Virus record (IMG/VR): IMGVR_UViG_3300045988_011380
Strand: one strand, 5' to 3'
DNA length: 37,606 bases
Origin: a virus
Part shown: piece by piece, positions 7,074 through 13,758 of the stretch
Layout: every line of letters starts with the position of its first letter
Numbering within the stretch: position 1 is the first letter of the stretch
Notes under the pieces: generated by a model
Told to the model about the DNA's origin: nothing
Databases searched by the model: none
What the model saw: only the letters and a program-made list of their open reading frames with translations
Made by a program: the position numbers and the translations under genes

Positions 7074-7179
7074 CGGTCAAGTCCAGCGGCGTGACGGTCA
7101 CGCCGAAATACTTTTCAATGAGCGCCCAGATGATACGCTCGAAGCGCTCGGCCTCTTCCGTGGTGATCGTCTGTTTCAT
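7057..7179 (-). CDS. small ORF (40 aa), below the ORF-track cutoff
   Basis: Translated by hand: MKQTITTEEAERFERIIWALIEKYFGVTVTPLDLTDDRPV. AAGGAGGA RBS present. ATGA coupling to the upstream stop at 7176. Confidence 0.45.
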   Translation of the reverse strand: MKQTITTEEAERFERIIWALIEKYFGVTVTPLDLTDDRPV

Positions 7180-7319
7180 TCCTTATCCTCCTTCTTTTCG
7201 GCTTTGATTCCGTCCAGTCTGCCCTGCAAATAGCCGCGGACATAATCAGCGCCGTCCGGCGGGATCTGCTTCAAGCTGTCGATGACTTCCTTTGCAGCCT
7301 GCTTTTCCTTTTCGCTCAT
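7176..7319 (-). CDS. small charged protein (47 aa)
   Basis: Internal Met 61 of track ORF 7176..7499 (MSEKEKQAAKEV...), preceded by AAAGGAG. The upstream part of that ORF is a low-complexity shadow of the plus-strand gene. Confidence 0.5.
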   Translation of the reverse strand: MSEKEKQAAKEVIDSLKQIPPDGADYVRGYLQGRLDGIKAEKKEDKE

Positions 7320-7350
7320 GGGGTTTCTCCTTTCTTTCCCGTCCGCCATG

Positions 7351-7359
7351 TGGTATATT
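7351..7359 (+). promoter_or_regulatory. candidate extended -10 promoter element TGgTATATT
   Basis: Read directly. It lies about 20 nt upstream of the GGGGGTGG Shine-Dalgarno and the TTG 7378. No good -35 element. Confidence 0.35.
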
Positions 7360-7377
7360 GGCGGCGGGGGTGGTATT

Positions 7378-7728
7378 TTGAATATTTCGGATTTGCTGAA
7401 TGTCGATCTGCCGAAGAACGAGGCGGAAGCGCTTGCGGAATTGACCTCCGGCGCTGTGCTACGGGATAAAGAAAACGCCGATACGCTGGACAATCTCATC
7501 CGCTTGGGGCTTGCCGAGAAGTATGAAACAACGGCAGACGGCTGGTTTGCTCACGGCGCGAAAATTAACGAAGCCGGGAAAAACTACCTGTTTCTGCGGG
7601 AAATGCAGCGGAAAGAGAAGCGGCGGTCATTCTGGCGTGACTTCCTGTTTCTCGTCATCGGCGGCGCTGTCGGCTGGTGCTTCGACCATTTGGTAGAGAT
7701 CATCGCCCTGTCCCGCGTCGGTCGATAG
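7378..7728 (+). CDS. plus-strand (lysogeny-orientation) protein with a C-terminal TM anchor, embedded antisense in the early operon
   Basis: Continuous protein-like frame (...LPKNEAEALAELT...INEAGKNYLFLREMQRKEKRRSFWRDFLFLVIGGAVGWCF). No minus-strand ORF spans 7500-7626. Third-position G+C is 16/20 in 7621-7680. The TTG start is inferred. Confidence 0.55.
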   Translation: MNISDLLNVDLPKNEAEALAELTSGAVLRDKENADTLDNLIRLGLAEKYETTADGWFAHGAKINEAGKNYLFLREMQRKEKRRSFWRDFLFLVIGGAVGWCFDHLVEIIALSRVGR

Positions 7729-8088
7729 CCACAGGGAAAACAGCGCCCAGAACCGCTCAAACTTCCACATCGGGATGTCTCCGGAGAGCTTCCGGCGGAT
7801 AAGACCGGATTCGACCGCCGCCATCAACGCATGGCCTTTGAGGGTGATCTTTACGGCTTTCATGTTTTTGTCTCCTTCCCAAACATCGTCATGCCAGCCG
7901 GTCTTTTCCATTTCGCGCCACATCTGCGTTGTCGCGTCCATGGTGGCGGCAAGCTCCGTCGGTGTAAGGCAGTCGAGGTCTGTTGCTTCCAGCTGCTCAA
8001 CCTGTCGCTTCCAGAGCCGGTAGACCTTCCTTTGAAGCTCTTGCTTTGCCTCGATAAACGGGGCTTCGGGTATTTTCGTAAACTTCAC
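7627..8088 (-). CDS. first gene of the early (lytic) operon, unknown function
   Basis: 153-aa ORF with a GTG start 7 nt after AAAGGAGG, directly downstream of the divergent promoter region. Third-position G+C is 18/20 in 7741-7800. Confidence 0.7.
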   Translation of the reverse strand: MKFTKIPEAPFIEAKQELQRKVYRLWKRQVEQLEATDLDCLTPTELAATMDATTQMWREMEKTGWHDDVWEGDKNMKAVKITLKGHALMAAVESGLIRRKLSGDIPMWKFERFWALFSLWLSTDAGQGDDLYQMVEAPADSAADDEKQEVTPE

Positions 8089-8148
8089 GTTTTCGCCTCC
8101 TTTCTGCCGCCCTGCCGGGCGGTGGTTGTTTACTAACCTTGTGAGCCT

Positions 8149-8177
8149 ATATTAACACCTCAGTTAGAATTTGTCAA
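8149..8177 (-). promoter_or_regulatory. early lytic promoter: -35 TTGACA (8172-8177), 17-nt spacer, -10 TAATAT (8149-8154)
   Basis: Read directly on the minus strand. It faces the 7627..8088 gene. Confidence 0.6.
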
Positions 8178-8197
8178 TCGCTTTTTTGAGATTTTTA

Positions 8198-8226
8198 TTG
8201 ACAAAGTTAGGTTTTTACTATAGAAT
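8198..8226 (+). promoter_or_regulatory. repressor promoter: -35 TTGACA (8198-8203), 17-nt spacer, -10 TAGAAT (8221-8226)
   Basis: Read directly. About 24 nt upstream of the AAGGAGG and ATG 8250. Confidence 0.65.
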
Positions 8227-8249
8227 CAAGTCAGCAAGGAGGTGATAGC

Positions 8250-8633
8250 ATGGAAGAGCGCTTCAAGGAGATACGCCGACTTCTCGGCATCACGCAGGCG
8301 GAGTTCGGAAAGGGAATCAACATCTCGCAGAATTACGTCTGGATGATTGAGAAGGGTGAACGCATCCCCAGCGATCGAACGATTGCTGATATATGCCGCG
8401 TGTACAACGTCAACGAGGATTGGTTGCGTGACGGCACGGGCGAGCCGTTCATGCAGCTGTCCCGCGAGGACACCATCGCGGCGTACGTCGGCAAGATCAC
8501 CGGCGGGCACATCACGGACATTGAGGAGAGCATCATCAAGTTCATGGCGGAAACGCCGGTTGAGGAATGGGAAACCCTCGCCCGCGCCCTGCGGCGGTTT
8601 GCCGAGACAATAAAAAAGCCCGATACGGAGTGA
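8250..8633 (+). CDS. XRE-family HTH repressor (CI-like)
   Basis: N-terminus FKEIRRLLGITQAEFGKGINISQNYVWMIEKGERIPSDRTIADICRVYNVNEDWL is a classic XRE HTH. The gene is divergent from the early operon. Confidence 0.85.
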   Translation: MEERFKEIRRLLGITQAEFGKGINISQNYVWMIEKGERIPSDRTIADICRVYNVNEDWLRDGTGEPFMQLSREDTIAAYVGKITGGHITDIEESIIKFMAETPVEEWETLARALRRFAETIKKPDTE

Positions 8634-8652
8634 TCCGTACCGGGCATTTTTT
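8618..8652. terminator. bidirectional rho-independent terminator
   Basis: Stem gcccgatacgg / ccgtaccgggc (one mismatch), 6-nt loop containing the repressor stop codon. An A6 run precedes it and a T6 run follows. Confidence 0.65.
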
Positions 8653-8661
8653 CTATTTAGG

Positions 8662-8763
8662 TTACAACATATTCAACGCAACGATGTACAAACGGTGCAG
8701 CATTTTTGTGTCCATGAGGCGCAGGATGCGGACGATCTTCTCAATTTGGCGTTCCTTTTCCAT
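8662..8763 (-). CDS. small ORF (33 aa), unannotated in the track
   Basis: Translated by hand: MEKERQIEKIVRILRLMDTKMLHRLYIVALNML. GGAGGG lies 4 nt upstream of the ATG. It ends 10 nt before the bidirectional terminator. Confidence 0.45.
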   Translation of the reverse strand: MEKERQIEKIVRILRLMDTKMLHRLYIVALNML

Positions 8764-8806
8764 TTTTCCCTCCTTATTTTATTGCCTTTCGACAAATTTC
8801 GCCTTG

Positions 8807-8835
8807 ATTATATCGGTAAAAAGAGTTATTCTAAA
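8807..8835 (-). promoter_or_regulatory. candidate promoter for the 33-aa ORF: -10 TATAAT (8807-8812), 17-nt spacer, -35 TTTAGA (8830-8835)
   Basis: Read directly on the minus strand, in an AT-rich intergenic region. Confidence 0.35.
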
Positions 8836-8872
8836 CATATCCACAGTAAAAATTTAATAGGAGTGGGATATT

Positions 8873-9490
8873 ATGAGGAAGAAACTGCTTGCCCTTGCAT
8901 TAGTCTTTGCGCTCGTTTTTGCCCTTAGCGCGTGCGGCGCGGCGGCACCGAAAGAGCCGCAGAAGTCGCAGGAAATGACGGATTTTGAAGCCGCCGTCGA
9001 CGCTCTGCCTACAGAGATCACATACGACAGTTGGGACGCAATCCGCGCCGCGATGGACGCTTACGACGCGCTCACCGAGGAAGAAAAAACCTCCGCGGAC
9101 ACGACGGCGCTTGATGCGGCTAAGGAGCAATACATGGCGCTGCCGGTCGTTGCCGATTGTATCACGTTGCAGAAAAAACTCGCGAACCCGGAATCGCTCA
9201 AAATCTACGGCGACATTCAGCGCTTTACCATCATCGGTACCGGGGCGACAAACATCTTCACCTGTGTGCATTTCGATTCGATCAACTCGCTCGGCGTATA
9301 CACCGGCGAAACCCGCTCGGAGATCGTCAACGGAACCGCCGTCTGCGTTGAGGGGGAGACGAAGCTCTACGGCGTGGAGGATATGACGAAATACGTGTCC
9401 GTAGAGAAATTGAAAGAGATGGGCGTTGAAGTCGAAACCGTATCCGGCAAAAACATCGCCGACGCGATCGGCGCTGAATACGTCGAGTGA
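8873..9490 (+). CDS. lipoprotein of the lysogeny module (candidate superinfection-exclusion protein)
   Basis: Signal peptide plus lipobox: MRKKLLALALVFALVFALSAC. Its position between repressor and integrase parallels Ltp-type exclusion lipoproteins. Confidence 0.75.
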   Translation: MRKKLLALALVFALVFALSACGAAAPKEPQKSQEMTDFEAAVDALPTEITYDSWDAIRAAMDAYDALTEEEKTSADTTALDAAKEQYMALPVVADCITLQKKLANPESLKIYGDIQRFTIIGTGATNIFTCVHFDSINSLGVYTGETRSEIVNGTAVCVEGETKLYGVEDMTKYVSVEKLKEMGVEVETVSGKNIADAIGAEYVE

Positions 9491-9501
9491 TTTTGAGAAG
9501 T

Positions 9502-9533
9502 GCCCCGGCATTGGCGGCAACCTCTGCCGGGGC
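9502..9533 (+). terminator. hairpin downstream of the lipoprotein gene (weak terminator candidate)
   Basis: 9-bp stem gccccggca / tgccggggc with a 14-nt loop, followed by only a short T-containing tail (cttggggt). Confidence 0.3.
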
Positions 9534-9690
9534 TTGGGGTAAGGTGGTAAACCGACACGTCTGCCACGATTCAAGCGTACCCTTTTCTGTTCATAAAGTC
9601 CATGTTTCAAATTGCAAATCAGGAGGAAGAATCAAGAACCATTACCAAAACTGCCGGGAAAACAAACAACTGAATGGAGATGTAAAAAAA

Positions 9691-10251
9691 GTGTCAGCAC
9701 TCACAGACTTGCAGCCTTACTTAGATGAGTATCCAGCCAAAATTCGCAAAGCGAAAAATGCCAGCGGCTTCACCCTGCAAGAATTGTCAGACCTGTCCGG
9801 CGTCCCATACAACAACATCTGTGACACGAATGCAGGGCGGGTCAAGCACCCGCTCCTTTTTTATGCCGCTGCCACTTGTAAGGTATTGAATCTATCGCTG
9901 AATGAGCTTGTCGGTCTGGATGAACAGCCGGACACACAGCATGTCCATGATCTGGAATTGGAGAACGTGCGGTTATCCGGCGAAGTAAAGCATCTGCAAG
10001 AAATGAACGCAGGGCTGAGAAAGCAGGGGGAAACCCACACAAGGACAATTTATATGCTCATAGGCGTATGCAGTATTCTTTTGTGCGCCGTTGTATGGTA
10101 CGTCATATTTGACATCCAGGTAGAGACCGCCGGTATTTTCCGCTCGGCTGGGACAAGCATTTTTGCGGGCGTCCTCGCCCTGATACTGAACGCCTCCGTC
10201 ACAACCATCATTTACGCCTTCAAAAGCATTTACAAGGGGAAAAAGAAATGA
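9691..10251 (+). CDS. membrane-anchored XRE-type HTH protein
   Basis: HTH: GFTLQELSDLSGVPYNNICDTNAGRVKHP. Then a coiled segment and two hydrophobic helices (IYMLIGVCSILLCAVVWYVIF; IFAGVLALILNASVTTIIYAF). GTG start 11 nt after GGAG. Its stop overlaps the integrase ATG (ATGA). Confidence 0.65.
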   Translation: MSALTDLQPYLDEYPAKIRKAKNASGFTLQELSDLSGVPYNNICDTNAGRVKHPLLFYAAATCKVLNLSLNELVGLDEQPDTQHVHDLELENVRLSGEVKHLQEMNAGLRKQGETHTRTIYMLIGVCSILLCAVVWYVIFDIQVETAGIFRSAGTSIFAGVLALILNASVTTIIYAFKSIYKGKKK

Positions 10252-11540
10252 GAGTTGCACTTTATGTCCGCGTCTCCACGGAAGAACAAGCCGTTCACGG
10301 CCTTTCCGTCGATGACCAGAAAGAAAGCCTGAAAAAATGGGCAGAGGAAAACAAGCATAAGGTCGTTGATTATTACGTCGATGCCGGGGTAAGCGGCAGG
10401 AAAAGCGTGTCAAAGCGGCCTGAATTGCAGCGGCTTCTATCCGATGTGGAAGCGGGGGAAATCGATCTCGTAGCGTTCACAAAATTAGACCGTTGGTTCC
10501 GCAACATCGGCGAGTTTTACAAAGCGCAGGAAGTGCTCGACGCGCACGGCGTTGTATGGCAAGCGACATACGAGGATTATGAGACCGCCACCGCCGCCGG
10601 ACGGTTAAAGGTCAACATTATGCTGTCCGTCGCGCAGGACGAGGCAGACAGAACGTCAGAGCGCGTTAAACGAATCATGCAGCACAAGCGGGAGCTTGGT
10701 CTCTGCCCGGCGGGCAAGACGCCCATCGGGTTAAAGGCCGTCGAGAGCCGCCTTTGCATCGACGAAGAAACGGCGCACGTTGCGAGGCGAATGTTTGAAG
10801 ATTACATCGCAACGGGAAGCGTTAACCACGTCAAGAAGATGCTCGTTTCCGAATTTGGAATAATGCGAGGAAATCATCACATCAAGAACGCGCTGGGCAA
10901 TGAACGATACATCGGAAAGAATAATGGGATTCAGGTCTGCGACGCGCTGATACCGCCGGAGGATTTTGCCCTTGTACAGCGGATGCTGACGGCGAGAAGC
11001 GTTCGCAACAACGGATCGCGGCACACATGGCTTTTCTCCGGCCTTGTCTGGTGCGCCGAATGCGGCCATCGTCTTGTGACGCATTCAACACGTCAACGGG
11101 GGACAGATTACTTCTATTACCGCTGCAAAAACTATGAACTGGGCATCTGCCGCCACAAAAAGAGAATCAACGAGGCGGCACTTGAAAAATATCTGCTTGC
11201 CAAGCTGCCAATCGAGGTACAGGCGCATAATGCAAAGCTCAAGGCGGGAAAAATAAAACCGACGGTTGACACGGCGGCGATCAAACGGAAAATGGACAAG
11301 CTGACAGACCTTTACCTTGCTGATCTAATCAACCGCGAGAAATACGAAATTGAATATACAGCATTAAAGGAAAAACTGAACGTACCGCCAGAGCCAAAGC
11401 CCATAGACGAAGCGCTTATCATGTCATTGCTTGACGCCTACGACAAGCTGCCGCCAAGCGGGAAAAAGGAAGCATGGAATCGCTTCATCCGCCGAATTGT
11501 CATTGCAAACAACGGCGAAATATTTTTTGATCTCGTTTAG
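10248..11540 (+). CDS. int: large serine recombinase (phage integrase)
   Basis: N-terminus MRVALYVRVSTEEQ...GLSVDDQ (resolvase catalytic Ser domain), then a recombinase domain and a zinc ribbon (CAECGHRL...YYRCKNY..C). 430 aa. Confidence 0.92.
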   Translation: MRVALYVRVSTEEQAVHGLSVDDQKESLKKWAEENKHKVVDYYVDAGVSGRKSVSKRPELQRLLSDVEAGEIDLVAFTKLDRWFRNIGEFYKAQEVLDAHGVVWQATYEDYETATAAGRLKVNIMLSVAQDEADRTSERVKRIMQHKRELGLCPAGKTPIGLKAVESRLCIDEETAHVARRMFEDYIATGSVNHVKKMLVSEFGIMRGNHHIKNALGNERYIGKNNGIQVCDALIPPEDFALVQRMLTARSVRNNGSRHTWLFSGLVWCAECGHRLVTHSTRQRGTDYFYYRCKNYELGICRHKKRINEAALEKYLLAKLPIEVQAHNAKLKAGKIKPTVDTAAIKRKMDKLTDLYLADLINREKYEIEYTALKEKLNVPPEPKPIDEALIMSLLDAYDKLPPSGKKEAWNRFIRRIVIANNGEIFFDLV

Positions 11541-11591
11541 CTATAGAGTACTTTAACACCAGTTACAATATAATATGACTAAATAATAAAT

Positions 11592-11723
11592 AGTAGCGCG
11601 GGGTTGATCTCCGGCGTTTTCTAACGAAGCATTGAAAATTGGGAGAACGGCGTTTCCAAGCCGCCGGAATATGTTGTACGACTAATCGCGTTCTATCTTG
11701 TGAACAAGGAAAAGGAGGGATGA
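11592..11723 (+). pseudogene. orphan 3' fragment of an XRE-type HTH gene, interrupted by an in-frame TAA
   Basis: Hand translation: SSAGLISGVF-stop-RSIENWENGVSKPPEYVVRLIAFYLVNKEKEG-stop. No start codon or RBS. It is preceded by an AT-rich stretch just after the integrase stop. Confidence 0.5.
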
Positions 11724-11736
11724 AAGGCCCTCCTTT
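11711..11736. terminator. bidirectional terminator between the convergent integrase side and the end of the minus-strand operon
   Basis: 9-bp stem aaaggaggg / ccctccttt with an 8-nt loop. T-runs follow the stem on both strands. Confidence 0.6.
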
Positions 11737-11740
11737 TCGC

Positions 11741-12082
11741 TTATAGGTTGTTTAGTTTGTTCATGACCGCGGCGTAGGTTCTGGGCTGCATCACGCTAAG
11801 GCTTTCCATAAGCTCATCCATCACCCGCCATGCGTCCCGCGGCTCTTTGTCGGAGACGGTGCGGAGGAAGTCGCTGTTGCCGTATGCCGCGCCGGAATAA
11901 GCCGGGATAGACTGCACAACGGTACCTGGCGCAGATTGCATTGAAACCGATTGTGGTTCCTTATCCTTGTCCATTTCGGCGCGGATGGTGTAGAGGTCGG
12001 CGAGTTTGGCGTAATTGGGATAGCTTGACGGCTCATACTCGAGCCTCGCTATCTCCTTGCGAATCTCGAGTGCGTCCAGCAT
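11741..12082 (-). CDS. hypothetical protein (post-lysis cluster, gene 7)
   Basis: 113-aa helical-looking ORF; last gene before the terminator. Confidence 0.6.
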   Translation of the reverse strand: MLDALEIRKEIARLEYEPSSYPNYAKLADLYTIRAEMDKDKEPQSVSMQSAPGTVVQSIPAYSGAAYGNSDFLRTVSDKEPRDAWRVMDELMESLSVMQPRTYAAVMNKLNNL

Positions 12083-12083
12083 A

Positions 12084-12485
12084 TCAGCCGAGATCGTCGA
12101 GGCAGCGGCGCAGCGCCTCGCGGGTACGGTCGTCCTGCGCGTCGCGCATCATGCCCTCGATATGCTCACGCATACCGTCGCGGCTGTACCGTTCACTGTA
12201 ACGGTCGCCCTCGCCGTCGCGGCTGTAGTGGCCGCGGACGTAGTGCGTTCCGCGGCGGGCGTAGCTGCTGCCGCGTCCGTAGGTGCCGCGCATATCCGCT
12301 TCCCACTCACCGGCGCGGGAATAGTCCCCGTCTTCGAGCATTTCGATTTTGTCAATGTTCTTGACAGTATCGGTGATTTTGTGGAGGATATCGAGATCGC
12401 CCGCGCCGAGGTCGGGCTTTCGGGCTACTTCGTCCAGCTCGCGGCAGAGCTTTTCACGGATGGACTTCATTGCATATTCACTCAT
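12084..12485 (-). CDS. hypothetical Arg/Tyr/Gly/Asp-rich protein (post-lysis cluster, gene 6)
   Basis: Met 11 of the track ORF is preceded by AAAGGAG. Helical N- and C-terminal parts flank a low-complexity core: YSRAGEWEADMRGTYGRGSSYARRGTHYVRGHYSRDGEGDRYSERYSRDG. Confidence 0.65.
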   Translation of the reverse strand: MSEYAMKSIREKLCRELDEVARKPDLGAGDLDILHKITDTVKNIDKIEMLEDGDYSRAGEWEADMRGTYGRGSSYARRGTHYVRGHYSRDGEGDRYSERYSRDGMREHIEGMMRDAQDDRTREALRRCLDDLG

Positions 12486-12498
12486 GGTTTTTCTCCTT

Positions 12499-12921
12499 TC
12501 ACGCCACGCGCTCAACGATCATGTTGGCGTTGGCAACGTTGATGGCCTGTCCGCTGATGTTCTCCGCCGCGACAGTCAGGCAGCAGCCGTGGGGAACATC
12601 GACGTTCGCGGAAACAAAGATATTTCCGTAATCACCGACGGCTGCGGGGGTGACGACGGCGGTGGCGCTAACAAGCGGCTCGCCGTTGACGGCGATAGCA
12701 AGGGAAATTGCTTCGACCGTTCCGCCGGTGGGGATAGCAATGTTCGCGCCGAAGGACACTCTGTACCGTGCGCGGCACTGATTTGTCAGCCCGCGGAGGG
12801 TGACGATGCCCGCGCCCTCGCGGTGGACGATGCTGCAATTCCCGGCAACCGCTGTTTCGGTGAGGGGGACATTCTGCCCGGCGGCTACAAGCGCCGTCGA
12901 GGCGTTGGTAAATTCAGCCAT
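12499..12921 (-). CDS. hypothetical beta-rich protein (post-lysis cluster, gene 5)
   Basis: 140-aa ORF with an AAAGGAG RBS. Ala/Val/Gly/Asn-rich alternating pattern suggests an all-beta fold. Any likeness to BclA/C1q-type domains is a guess. Confidence 0.65.
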   Translation of the reverse strand: MAEFTNASTALVAAGQNVPLTETAVAGNCSIVHREGAGIVTLRGLTNQCRARYRVSFGANIAIPTGGTVEAISLAIAVNGEPLVSATAVVTPAAVGDYGNIFVSANVDVPHGCCLTVAAENISGQAINVANANMIVERVA

Positions 12922-12936
12922 TGTGGGTTTCTCCTT

Positions 12937-12970
12937 TCAAAAAGAGCGGCGGGGTATGATGCCCCGCCGC
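12937..12970 (-). terminator. rho-independent terminator between cluster genes 4 and 5
   Basis: 9-bp GC stem gcggcgggg / ccccgccgc with a 7-nt loop, followed on the minus strand by CTCTTTTT. Confidence 0.55.
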
Positions 12971-13031
12971 CGTGTGTTAAGTATCGGTATTATGCCGACC
13001 ATGCCGCTGGGGCAAGCTCTCGGTATGAAGT

Positions 13032-13730
13032 TTAGGCGCTACAACCGCAGCCGTAGTTGCAGCAATACGGGTTGGCGACCTGATACGCCGGGATGGGCGA
13101 CGGGCGAAGGGCAGAGACAAGGTAGCTGTTCTGCGCCGCCTGGGAGGCTGCGAGCTTGAGGCTCTGGTTTTCGCTTTCCAGATCGCGCATCTTGCTCTGC
13201 ACAAGGAAATCAAGGATAGCCTTGCTATTTCCGTTAGCGTTGTCGATGATGTCGCGGGCGGCGTTCTGCACGGTGTTGCGGGTGTCGCAAGCCTGAGATG
13301 CCATATCATAGCGCACCTGCGCAACGGCGGCGCGGTTTTCGCAGCAACACTCCTGCGACTGCATCTGCATCTGGAAGAGCTGCGCCATGAGGGCGGACTG
13401 CTGGTTCGCGCGGGAGAGTTCGGCGGACATAAAGCCGTTGCTCAGGTTCTGCTGCACGCCGTTGATGAGCTGCGCCTGCGCGAAGAAACCATCGCAGAGA
13501 CCGTTGTTCACGCCGTCGAGCTTGCGCTCGATGTTGGCGAAGTCGGAGGTGAGGATGTAACCATCGGTCACACCGCCGCGATTGCCGCCGAAGCCGCCCC
13601 AGCCGAAGAGGACGATGAAGAAGAGGATGATCCACCATCCGTCTCCGCCGAAGCCGCCCCAGCCGCCGTTATTCACGCCGGTAGGAGTTACGGGCATGGT
13701 GGGCTGAATACCACCGTCGGTAAGAGACAT
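13032..13730 (-). CDS. membrane protein with a Gly/Trp-rich N-terminus, Gln-rich coiled region and Cys clusters (post-lysis cluster, gene 4)
   Basis: 232-aa ORF with NNGGWGGFGGDGWWIILFFIVLFGWGGFGGNRGG (one TM), QECCCENR, and C-terminal NPYCCNYGCGCSA. GAAAGGAAA RBS. Confidence 0.7.
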   Translation of the reverse strand: MSLTDGGIQPTMPVTPTGVNNGGWGGFGGDGWWIILFFIVLFGWGGFGGNRGGVTDGYILTSDFANIERKLDGVNNGLCDGFFAQAQLINGVQQNLSNGFMSAELSRANQQSALMAQLFQMQMQSQECCCENRAAVAQVRYDMASQACDTRNTVQNAARDIIDNANGNSKAILDFLVQSKMRDLESENQSLKLAASQAAQNSYLVSALRPSPIPAYQVANPYCCNYGCGCSA

Positions 13731-13758
13731 TGTTCAATTTTCCTTTCAAAAAATATTT

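Noticed and set aside
7320-7499. Upstream extension of minus ORF 7176..7499 (MRLSSVSAFSLSRSTAPEVNSASASASFF...)
   Set aside because: It is a low-complexity shadow that shares third codon positions with the plus-strand gene. The real minus gene most likely starts at Met 61 (7319), which has an AAAGGAG RBS.
8662-8763. 33-aa ORF considered as an arbitrium-type (AimP) communication peptide
   Set aside because: It has no signal peptide. There is no adjacent AimR-like TPR receptor gene. Its orientation and context differ from known arbitrium loci.
12499-12921. Beta-rich 140-aa protein considered as a BclA/C1q-type exosporium domain
   Set aside because: The resemblance is only compositional (Ala/Val/Gly/Asn-rich alternating strands). 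There is no collagen-like repeat or diagnostic motif, so the protein is left as hypothetical.
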